In this document: one piece after another, positions 46,365 to 54,499 of the stretch
Position numbering within the stretch: the first letter of the stretch is position 1
Layout of the letters: the number at the start of each line of letters is the position of its first letter
NCBI GenBank assembly: GCA_041753395.1
Contig: JBGSUQ010000001.1
Coordinates: 221,948 to 285,947 of the forward strand
Reading direction: 5' to 3'
DNA length: 64,000 nucleotides
Source: Spirochaetota bacterium
Lineage (GTDB): Bacteria; Spirochaetota; UBA4802; UBA5550
Made by a program: the position numbers and the translations under genes
Notes under the pieces: generated by a model
What the model was told of the DNA's origin: nothing
What the model saw: the letters and a program-made list of their open reading frames with translations, nothing else
Database searches by the model: none

Positions 46365-47549
46365 ATGACAATCAAGTATATCGACAAGTTGGATATCAAG
46401 GGAAAGCGCGTCATGGTCCGCGTGGACTACAACGTCCCCTACGACAAGAGCATGAATATCACCGATGACACCCGGATAACGGCGACCCTGCCGACCATCA
46501 ACTACTGCCTCAAGGAAGGATGCAAAATTATTCTCGTTTCCCACATGGGCAGGCCAAAGGGAAAACCGGTCCCTGAAATGAGTCTGAAGCCGGCAGCGGA
46601 GCGCCTGAGCAAACTCCTGGGAAAAAAAGTACTCTTCATAGACAAACCCCTCGGCGACGAGGTGAAAAAAATTACCGACGGTCTGAACAATGGCGACATC
46701 GCCCTTCTTGAAAACATACGGTTCTATCCCGGCGAGGAGAAGAACGATCCCGAGCTGGGAAAACAGCTCGCCGCTCTTTGCGATGTCTATATCGACGACG
46801 CCTTCGCGGCCGCACACCGGGGCCATTCCTCAAACGATGCCATAACGAAATACGTAAAAGAGTGCGCCGCCGGTTTCCTGCTTGCAAAGGAGATTGATTA
46901 TTACAAGAAGGCCATGGACAATCCGCAGCGCCCCCTGGGCGCCATTATCGGGGGCGCCAAGGTATCAACGAAGCTCGACGCGCTGAAAAACATACTCTCC
47001 AAAGTCAATTACATCATCATCGGCGGCGGCATGGCCTTTACATTCCTCAAGGCCAAGGGCTTCAATGTAGGCAAGTCCCTCCTTGAGGCCGACCTGGTGG
47101 GCTCGGCGAAAGAGATCATGGATGAAGCCGAAAAAAAAGGTGTGGAGATTCTCCTCCCGGTGGACATCATCGCCGCTCCCGAATTCGACAACAACTCGCC
47201 CAGCACCGTAGTGCCGGCGGATAAAATACCGGACAACATGATCGGCCTTGACGTCGGGCCGGAATCGGTCAGGCTATTCAATGAAAAGATCAAGACATCG
47301 AAGACGGTCATCTGGAACGGCCCCATGGGCGCCTTCGAGATGCCCAACTTCGCGGGCGGCACCAATGCCGTGGCTAAAGCCCTTGCAGATTCCGGGTGTC
47401 TGAGCATCGTCGGCGGCGGGGACAGTGTTTCGGCCGTCAACCAGTCCGGAGTGGCGGACAGAATATCGTACATATCCACCGGCGGCGGCGCCTGGCTGGA
47501 GCTCCTTGAGGGAAAAACGCTGCCGGGAATCGCAGCGCTGGATAAATAG
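46365..47549 (+). CDS. pgk: Phosphoglycerate kinase
   Basis: MTIKYIDKLDIKGKRVMVRVDYNVP...ILVSHMGRPKG. The start is ATG 46365 with a GAGGTG SD. The ORF-track start at 46296 is too long. Confidence 0.95.
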   Translation: MTIKYIDKLDIKGKRVMVRVDYNVPYDKSMNITDDTRITATLPTINYCLKEGCKIILVSHMGRPKGKPVPEMSLKPAAERLSKLLGKKVLFIDKPLGDEVKKITDGLNNGDIALLENIRFYPGEEKNDPELGKQLAALCDVYIDDAFAAAHRGHSSNDAITKYVKECAAGFLLAKEIDYYKKAMDNPQRPLGAIIGGAKVSTKLDALKNILSKVNYIIIGGGMAFTFLKAKGFNVGKSLLEADLVGSAKEIMDEAEKKGVEILLPVDIIAAPEFDNNSPSTVVPADKIPDNMIGLDVGPESVRLFNEKIKTSKTVIWNGPMGAFEMPNFAGGTNAVAKALADSGCLSIVGGGDSVSAVNQSGVADRISYISTGGGAWLELLEGKTLPGIAALDK

Positions 47550-47575
47550 AAATAGAAAAACGAGTTTGCCAGTAT

Positions 47576-47668
47576 GCCCCCTAAATCCCCCGGAGGGGGA
47601 CTTATGAAAGTGCGGCTTCGCAATCGTGCTCACTGAGGATAAGCCCCCCTCCAGGGGGTTGGGGGGGT
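47576..47668. repeat. G/C-homopolymer hairpin cluster, family D copy 2 (C5-GGA-G5 and C6-TCCA-G5 hairpins followed by G7)
   Basis: cccccggaggggg ... cccccctccagggggttgggggggt, between the pgk stop and the next ATG. It may also act as the pgk terminator. Confidence 0.5.
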
Positions 47669-47697
47669 GCTCAGGCACACCTATTATCGTATGCAAA

Positions 47698-49485
47698 ATG
47701 GAAACAAAAACAAAAATCTTCGGGATGCCGCTTTTCGCTGTTGGCGTTAATATACGCGCCTTTATCTCTATCGGGGTACACGCGCGGGGCTTTATCGCCA
47801 TAGGCTGGATAGGAAGAGGGGTTATCACCATCGCCCAGTTCGGCTACGGCATCATTGCCATAACCCAGTTCGGCTTCGGCATCATCTCACTGTCTCAGTT
47901 CGGTGTCGGCCTCGTATCCGTCGCACAGTTCGGCCTGGGCTTGGTCCTGGCCATCGGCCAGGGTGCCCTCGGCTTCATAGCCAACGGACTGGCCTCGAAG
48001 GGATACTATGCCATGTCCGGTCCCGGTGTCTGGAAGCGGCTACCGGAACTGCTGTTGAGCGTGGCAGCTGATCCGATACCCCTGGGCATCTGGATCACGG
48101 TGTGGGCCGCTGTCTTTGCCTTTCTCTGGAACCAGCGGGACAAGATTACCATCGGCATGTCGCTGCGCGACCTGTTCCGTTCGCGGCGTAGACACCAAGT
48201 AGACCGGATCAGGGCAAGGGCCGCATCCGGCGTAACCAACCAGAAGGAGCTCTTTGATATCGTCATGAACGACCCGTCGGATACGGTAAAAATGGCGGCT
48301 CTCAAGAATATCACTGATCCCGAATTGCTGGTGCTGATAGCGAAATCAACCATGAGCGAAGAGGTTGCCGGTTATGTTACCGGTACTATTAAAGACAGGG
48401 AAACGCTCTATGGCGTTGCGAGGTCCGCTGTGCTTCCGGCTGTAAAAATCGGCGCTGTCGCCAAGTTGGCCAAGTCAGATCCAGCGCGTCTCGTTGAGCT
48501 GGCCTGCGTTGAAGGAGACCACCAGGTTATCCAACAGATAATCAACGCCGTCAAAGACCAGACTTCACTGGAAAAGATTATCCGGGACGCAGCCGCTCCC
48601 CATGCGAAGATAGCGGCCATCTACACCCTTGAAAAACCGGACCAGGAGTTCCTTTTCGATATAATTAAAAAAGAAAAGGACAACACCGTGTGTGAAGCTG
48701 CAGTGTACCAGGTTACCGATACCCGGATCCTTGCCGGTATCGTGCGCGGTGACTACCATTCCGCGGTAAAAAAGGCGGCCGTGGACCAGATCAGCGATAA
48801 GAAGCTCCTCACGGAATTGGCTGCAGCTGACGTTCCGGAGATCATTTCAAAAGCCATAGCCAACCGCCTCAAGGATATACGGCCTCACTATTATTCACTT
48901 AAGATTGAATTCAGCTGCCCCTTCTGCAGCCAGCCGGTATTCGTCAACGGGCCCATCAAGAAAGCAAAATGCCAGTCATGCCTCCGCGAGTCGGCCATAA
49001 GCAACACACTGTGGGAAGGCATCGCCGGCGCAGGGTTAAACCTGACCAGGTTTACTTCCCCGCTAACCCTCATTTTGGAAAAAACCGGCAAATCCCCGGC
49101 GTGCAATTCATGTGGATCGCCCCTCGATGCGGACGATATACCGACCGGTGAGCGGTCCATGCGGCCCTGCCCTACATGCAAGTCTCCCCAGTCCACGTTC
49201 CCGCTTCCCAAATGGCTCAAATGGTCAGCCAACGCAGAACAGGTGTTCTGCGCGGAGGAGGAAGGGATCCGTTCGCCGGCCGAAATGGAGATCAAGCCCG
49301 TGGCAATATCATGCATCAAATGCGGAGCGCCGCTGGAAATAACAACGGAGACGCCACGCAATGCGACCTGCATCTATTGCAACACGGTGCAGTACCTGCC
49401 CGACCCCCTCTGGCTTTCACTGCACCCGGTGAAAATCAAGCAAGCCTGGTATATCCGCTCCAACTTTCATGAACGGGATAAATAA
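47698..49485 (+). CDS. Hypothetical multi-domain protein: N-terminal QFGxG glycine-zipper repeats (membrane), central HEAT / PBS-lyase-like repeats, C-terminal triple zinc-ribbon
   Basis: The start is METKTKIFG. It has five tandem 10-residue units (ITIAQFGYGI / IAITQFGFGI / ISLSQFGVGL / VSVAQFGLGL / VLAIGQGALG). HEAT-like repeats follow (VKMAALKNITDPELLVLIA...). The C-terminus has three CxxC...CxxC pairs. Confidence 0.55.
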   Translation: METKTKIFGMPLFAVGVNIRAFISIGVHARGFIAIGWIGRGVITIAQFGYGIIAITQFGFGIISLSQFGVGLVSVAQFGLGLVLAIGQGALGFIANGLASKGYYAMSGPGVWKRLPELLLSVAADPIPLGIWITVWAAVFAFLWNQRDKITIGMSLRDLFRSRRRHQVDRIRARAASGVTNQKELFDIVMNDPSDTVKMAALKNITDPELLVLIAKSTMSEEVAGYVTGTIKDRETLYGVARSAVLPAVKIGAVAKLAKSDPARLVELACVEGDHQVIQQIINAVKDQTSLEKIIRDAAAPHAKIAAIYTLEKPDQEFLFDIIKKEKDNTVCEAAVYQVTDTRILAGIVRGDYHSAVKKAAVDQISDKKLLTELAAADVPEIISKAIANRLKDIRPHYYSLKIEFSCPFCSQPVFVNGPIKKAKCQSCLRESAISNTLWEGIAGAGLNLTRFTSPLTLILEKTGKSPACNSCGSPLDADDIPTGERSMRPCPTCKSPQSTFPLPKWLKWSANAEQVFCAEEEGIRSPAEMEIKPVAISCIKCGAPLEITTETPRNATCIYCNTVQYLPDPLWLSLHPVKIKQAWYIRSNFHERDK

Positions 49486-49512
49486 AGCCTTTTCCTTTTT
49501 CTTATACGACTT

Positions 49513-50790
49513 TCAGATTACATCAAGAACCACAAGGGTAATGTCGTCATCAAAGATGTCTGAGTCGGCGAAACGCCGGAGTTCCTCCAGGAGAAGGCCG
49601 CAGAACTCGGCAGGCGGCTGGCCGGGATGATCCAGGATAAAGTCCTTGAAGCGTGCGAGGCCGAACATTTGCCCCCTGGCGCTGAAGCATTCGGTAATCC
49701 CATCGGTATAGAGAACCAGACGGTCGCCCGGCGATAATTGAACGTTTATTTCCTCGATCCCGGGGTTGGCCAGCCAGCCGAGGGGCTTGCCATGCGGTAT
49801 TATTTCCTCAATAACGCATGTACCGCGCCGGTAAAGGAGCGGCGGAAAATGACCAGCTCTGGCACAATGCATCAAGCGGTCATGGCAGTCTATCACGCAG
49901 TAAACGGCCGTGACAAAATTATTATTAACCGTCGACCGGAGTACCGCCTCGTTCAGCCTGGCTAGTATTTCGGCGGTAGTACCGCTTGACCGCTCATATT
50001 CAAAGGCCATTTTTGTGATGGTCGCAAGAAAGGCGCTCGACAGGCCGTGCCCGGTAACATCGGCTATGAAGAGGTCAACGGTGTCATCAGTTACGTGATA
50101 ATCGTAAAAATCGCCTCCCACTTTTTCCATGGGACGATACACGGCGTGCAGGGAATATCCCGGGATCTCCGGCACTATCCCGGGAAGCAGTCGAAGCTGG
50201 AGCCGGCGCGCAACTTCGAGCTCGTCCTCGACCCTGGTCCGCTCCCTCCGGAAGTTGTCTACAATGATTTTAATCATAATACCTGAGGCGAGAAGCCATG
50301 CGGTACAGTTGATCAGAAAATCTATCCATCGCTCCCCCTGTCCCCGATAGGTTTTCAGGGGGAAAATAGAGAGGCTCTCAACCCACGTCAGGGCCATGAT
50401 GACCGCCGGTACCAGCAGGAAAAAAACAATACGGCGGCGGCCCTCCAGGGACAGGAGCACAAACAGGGTGATGAACTGAAAGAAGAGATGTGCGTAACCA
50501 ACTGATCCATAACCGGTGAACCAGATAATACACAGGCTGATAATCCCTGCCATGATAAGGAAGAGCACGGCGGTGATGTTGTGGAAGCGCGATAGATAAT
50601 AGAGATAAAAACCCGTAACGGCGATGAATAGAATTGTGGCCACATGGAACAAGCGTATATCAAGAACGAAGGTAAGCGGCAGAACAATTATCGTCGTAAG
50701 GGAGGTAAAAAAAGTAAGGGCGTTATAAATCCTGTGTTCAAGTCTTGTCTTGTTTGGATCACCGATGATAGTCGCAAGAGAAAACTTCAT
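49513..50790 (-). CDS. PP2C-type Ser/Thr phosphatase (SpoIIE/RsbU-like) with an N-terminal multi-TM sensor region
   Basis: About 6-7 TM helices, then GGDFYDY...DVTGHGLSSAFL...GDRLVLYTDGITE, which are the PP2C / SpoIIE motifs. Confidence 0.8.
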   Translation of the reverse strand: MKFSLATIIGDPNKTRLEHRIYNALTFFTSLTTIIVLPLTFVLDIRLFHVATILFIAVTGFYLYYLSRFHNITAVLFLIMAGIISLCIIWFTGYGSVGYAHLFFQFITLFVLLSLEGRRRIVFFLLVPAVIMALTWVESLSIFPLKTYRGQGERWIDFLINCTAWLLASGIMIKIIVDNFRRERTRVEDELEVARRLQLRLLPGIVPEIPGYSLHAVYRPMEKVGGDFYDYHVTDDTVDLFIADVTGHGLSSAFLATITKMAFEYERSSGTTAEILARLNEAVLRSTVNNNFVTAVYCVIDCHDRLMHCARAGHFPPLLYRRGTCVIEEIIPHGKPLGWLANPGIEEINVQLSPGDRLVLYTDGITECFSARGQMFGLARFKDFILDHPGQPPAEFCGLLLEELRRFADSDIFDDDITLVVLDVI

Positions 50791-50889
50791 AGCATAAAGT
50801 ATATGAAATTATTTCATCCTGTCAACAGCAATTTCAGATTCTTTTATCTGATTCAACCTCCTGAAAGAACTACTATCATAAGCGGTGTA

Positions 50890-51750
50890 TCACCCGGAAT
50901 GGACGGTTGCACGCGTTTCGAAAAAGCTGAATATAGTAATTGATAAGAGAATAACAATACCACCGGCGATTGCCCACGCCCCCGGAAGCTCACCCATTGC
51001 GATGAAGACCCACAAGGGATTAAGGAGCGGCTCTATAACCGGGATGAGAATCGCGTCAAGAGCCGGCACATGCCTGATGGCGCGCGAGTAAAGCACGTAT
51101 GACAGGCCGAGCTGGAATACTCCGAGGAGAGCCAGGGACGCCATGCCGGTCATCGACGGCAGGGGCCCTGACATGTGCGGCAAGCAGATGAGCACCGTAA
51201 GGACATTACCTAGGAGGATAGACTCCGTGGGGGATCCGTGCTTCTGCATTCGCAGGAAGATCACCATGAAGGCCATAGTGACCCCGCTTATAAGGGCAAG
51301 AACATTTCCGATGAAACCGCCCGGGGTAAGCCTGTCGAAGAAAAAGAGGACGACTCCAGCGAGGGTTGTGAGCACCATGAGCCCCGTCCGCTGCGAGACC
51401 CCTTCTTTAAGAAGCAGGGCCCCCAGCAGGGCGACATAGACGGGACAGGCATACTGGAGAACAATGGCGTTAGCAGCCGTTGTCATCTTGTTCGCCAGCA
51501 CGAATAATATGACCGTGGCCGAGTAGGACACGGCGCCGCCGATCTGCGGCAGCGACCACACGAAGCGGGGACGGCGCAGAAATAACGCCACCACCAGGGC
51601 GGCGATGGCACTTCGGGTCCCGGCAATAGCAAAGGGATTCCAATCCACGGATTTGATCAGCAATCCGCCCATGCTCCAGAGGACCGCGGCGCCCGCCAGC
51701 ATCAGAACTGCCCTGCCGCGGGAGCTGTCCGCGGGCCTTTCCTTCAACAT
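50890..51750 (-). CDS. EamA/DMT-family 10-TM transporter
   Basis: 286 aa with two EamA-like halves, each with 5 TM helices. An AGGTGAAA SD precedes it. Confidence 0.7.
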   Translation of the reverse strand: MLKERPADSSRGRAVLMLAGAAVLWSMGGLLIKSVDWNPFAIAGTRSAIAALVVALFLRRPRFVWSLPQIGGAVSYSATVILFVLANKMTTAANAIVLQYACPVYVALLGALLLKEGVSQRTGLMVLTTLAGVVLFFFDRLTPGGFIGNVLALISGVTMAFMVIFLRMQKHGSPTESILLGNVLTVLICLPHMSGPLPSMTGMASLALLGVFQLGLSYVLYSRAIRHVPALDAILIPVIEPLLNPLWVFIAMGELPGAWAIAGGIVILLSITIFSFFETRATVHSG

Positions 51751-52151
51751 ATCATTTCACCTATACTGAAAACCTATCGTGTTCAATCCGGAGCGGCAAT
51801 AATGGGTAATGTCCCCTTCAAGGGCAAGGAATTTTTAAGATTATTATAGTATGACTTTTTTCATCTGAAGGGAGCTGTCCCAGCGAGCAGGCGACATGGA
51901 TGTCGCCGATTCCGCCGAGTTAATCCCGATTCCATATAAAGTAAAAAGGTATCGGGATTATACGAGGCGGACGACCGGGACATCTCCCTGCAGAAATATT
52001 TATTCCTTGATTATTTTCACCCATCAGACACAATGTGAAAAATCGTGTCCGGGTCCTCATTCATATTTACGCGAAATATCAATTTAAAGAAGCCTGCGCT
52101 GGTGAGGGCTTCAATACCCGGCAGATAATCACTTTGATCTGGAGAAAATCG

Positions 52152-53078
52152 ATGCCTCCCAAAAAATCAGCCACCAAGCTCATAGTAGTGGTTCCAGCCT
52201 ACAACGAAGCGGAGCGTATAAGCGACACGCTGAAGGCGCTGAGGGCCATACACGGGACATTAAAGAAACAGAATATTGATTTTTACGTCTATGTGGTTGA
52301 TGACGGGTCAAAGGATGATACACGCGCCGTCGCCCAGGCCGCAGGGGCCGACCGCGTACTGCGGCACAAGATCAACCAGGGCCTCGGCGCAGCCATCCGC
52401 ACCGGTCTTTCAGCGGCGGAAAAAGACGGCGCGGACATCGTGATTAAATTCGACGCCGACCTTCAGCATGACCCCAATGACATACTCGATCTGATCAAGC
52501 CAATCCTCGAGGATTCGGCGGACGTTGTCTACGGCAACCGCTTCAACCGCATCGAGTACCGGATGCCTTTTGTCCGCCACATCGGAAACAAGGTTTTTAC
52601 CGGCCTCATGCGCTTTCTTACCGGATGGCCTCTTAAGGACAGCCAGCCGGGCATATTCGCCATCAACCGCGATTACCTGAACGTTTTCAATCTGCCCGGC
52701 GACTACAATTACACCCAGCAGATACTCCTTGACTCATATCACAAAGGGATGCGCTTCGCCCACGTAGACGTCAGTTTCAGGAAACGCGTTACGGGAAAAT
52801 CATTTATTTCGCTCAAGTACCCTTTTAAAGTCGGGTTCCAGATCCTCATGGTGCTGGTAATTGTTGAGCCGATGAAGATTTTCGGCACCATTGGCCTGGT
52901 ATTCCTGTCGTCCGGGCTCATTTTATTTCTCGTGGAATTGCTTCTTTACATCCTGGGGTACAACCCGAAGCCCGTGGTGCATGTCAACGCGGTGCTGGGC
53001 TGTCTTTTCATGGGCCTGCAGACCTTCTTCTTCGGCCTGCTTGCCGAGATCATCAAAAAAATTGGCCGCAACCGGTGA
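52152..53078 (+). CDS. Family-2 glycosyltransferase, polyprenyl-phosphate sugar transferase type (ArnC/DPM/GtrB-like) with two C-terminal TM helices
   Basis: The start is MPPKKSATKLIVVVPAYNEAERI with a GGAGAAAATCG SD. VVDDGSKDDT, the DAD motif (KFDADLQHDP), and C-terminal TM helices are present. The ORF-track start at 52035 is too far upstream. Confidence 0.8.
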   Translation: MPPKKSATKLIVVVPAYNEAERISDTLKALRAIHGTLKKQNIDFYVYVVDDGSKDDTRAVAQAAGADRVLRHKINQGLGAAIRTGLSAAEKDGADIVIKFDADLQHDPNDILDLIKPILEDSADVVYGNRFNRIEYRMPFVRHIGNKVFTGLMRFLTGWPLKDSQPGIFAINRDYLNVFNLPGDYNYTQQILLDSYHKGMRFAHVDVSFRKRVTGKSFISLKYPFKVGFQILMVLVIVEPMKIFGTIGLVFLSSGLILFLVELLLYILGYNPKPVVHVNAVLGCLFMGLQTFFFGLLAEIIKKIGRNR

Positions 53079-53112
53079 CCGACAGCCCATCCGGAACAGG
53101 AACCGTAATATC

Positions 53113-54141
53113 ATGGCAGAAGATACACCAAGGCCGGTCCCGCCGGCAACATCCGACGAGATAATCAGTGAGCGCAAGCGCAGGATTTTCAGCATAAAAA
53201 CGCTGGTCTTCTTCGTCCTCTCTCTCTTTCTTATATGGTTTCTCCTGCAAAAAATCGATTATAAACGGACTTTTGACGCCTTTCTCCTCGCCAGGCTTGA
53301 TATGCTAGTATATTCGTGTCTCGCCTACACGGCCGCCAACATATTCAAGACCCTGCGGTATTCCCTGCTGCTGAAAAACCTGGACCTCGGCTTCTTCGAC
53401 CATTTTACCGTTTCAAGCTATCAGAATTTTTTCAACCAGATACTGCCCGCCCGTACCGGTGAGCTCACTTTCGTTTATTACCTGAAACAGTTCAGCAATG
53501 CACCTCTTTCCACGGGCCTCCATATCCTTCTCCTCACGCGAATCTTCGACTTCATCGTTGTTTCCGCATTCTTCGTCGGCTCCCTGCTTTTTTATTACGG
53601 CCGGCAGACGTCGGGCATGCTGCTTGCCGCCGGGGTGCTGTTTTTCATTGTTTCGGTGATTCTGTTATTCAATCTCAAGTGGCTGGTGTTTCTCGGGGCG
53701 AAGATATTTACCGTGACAGTGCGGGCGCTCCACCTCGGGTCCATCGGGTTCGTTAAAAAGATCGAATCAAAAATCGACCCCATCGTCAGCGAGTTTTCAC
53801 GGTTTGAGACAATGCGCCATTTACCCGGACTGGCAATGTCGAGCCTTCTTGTCTGGACGGCTTTGTATCTGTTTTCGTATCTTACCCTCCGGGCTTTCGG
53901 CGTCGATATCGGCCTCCTGCTCTCCATTGCCGGGTCCACCGGCGGCGTGCTCGCCAATGTACTTCCCATAAACAGCTTCGGGAGTTTCGGCACCCTTGAA
54001 GCGGGATGGACGGCAGGATTCGTTCTCGTCGGCGTATCTGTTCAGGACGCAATCACAACCGGTTTCGGTTATCATATCATCAACTTTTCCGTAAGCGCCA
54101 TTCTAGCCCTTTTCTGCTACATGGTCCAGAGATTCAAATAA
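53113..54141 (+). CDS. PF03706-like (lysyl-PG-synthase TM / UPF0104) polytopic membrane protein, putative flippase partner of the GT2 enzyme
   Basis: The start is MAEDTPRPV at 53113. The frame runs on from the previous gene. There are about 8 TM helices, with FNQILPARTGELTFVYYLKQ. Confidence 0.55.
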   Translation: MAEDTPRPVPPATSDEIISERKRRIFSIKTLVFFVLSLFLIWFLLQKIDYKRTFDAFLLARLDMLVYSCLAYTAANIFKTLRYSLLLKNLDLGFFDHFTVSSYQNFFNQILPARTGELTFVYYLKQFSNAPLSTGLHILLLTRIFDFIVVSAFFVGSLLFYYGRQTSGMLLAAGVLFFIVSVILLFNLKWLVFLGAKIFTVTVRALHLGSIGFVKKIESKIDPIVSEFSRFETMRHLPGLAMSSLLVWTALYLFSYLTLRAFGVDIGLLLSIAGSTGGVLANVLPINSFGSFGTLEAGWTAGFVLVGVSVQDAITTGFGYHIINFSVSAILALFCYMVQRFK

Positions 54142-54230
54142 CACCCCCCTGTCCCCCTGAAAAGGATGGTAAATTTCCATATTGAGCATACGGATATATG
54201 CCATCACCCATCCTGATTGAGCCGCGTTAG

Positions 54231-54421
54231 ACCTCACCCGCGCTCTGCGCGCCCTTATCTTTTAAACCTCACCCACTGACCCCCTCTCCATAATATGGAG
54301 AGGGGGGAATCATGATATGGATCTTAAATTCACTGGAGAGCATGAAACTGAATGTATTAAAATAATTATTACTTAAGCCCTCTCCCTTAGAAGGAGAGGG
54401 CGCGCAGAGCGCGGGTGAAAT
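54231..54421. repeat. MITE-like element, family B copy 2: 22-bp terminal inverted repeats (acctcacccgcgctctgcgcgccc / gggcgcgcagagcgcgggtgaaat) with internal ccctctcc...ggagaggg hairpins
   Basis: Read directly from the sequence. It lies at the convergent junction between the PF03706-like gene and ppdK. Confidence 0.6.
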
Positions 54422-54445
54422 TTTAATGGACAGGGTGTCTACAAT

Positions 54446-54474
54446 AAAAAAAGCCCCTGATTAATGCAGGGGCT
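54446..54474 (-). terminator. Rho-independent terminator of ppdK
   Basis: The minus strand reads cccaaaGCCCCTGcattaatCAGGGGCttttttt. Confidence 0.6.
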
Positions 54475-54499
54475 TTGGGATTCTCGTTTGATGTAGTAC

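Noticed and set aside
52035-52151. Upstream extensions of ORFs in the track (52035 for GT2; 52891 for the PF03706-like gene; 46296 for pgk; 38524 for the DAHP synthase; 47626 for the QFGxG protein; 13291 for the YegP-ankyrin gene)
   Set aside because: In each case an internal ATG, preceded by a good Shine-Dalgarno sequence and matching the conserved family N-terminus, is the more plausible start. The extensions run through intergenic hairpins or the 3' end of the preceding gene.
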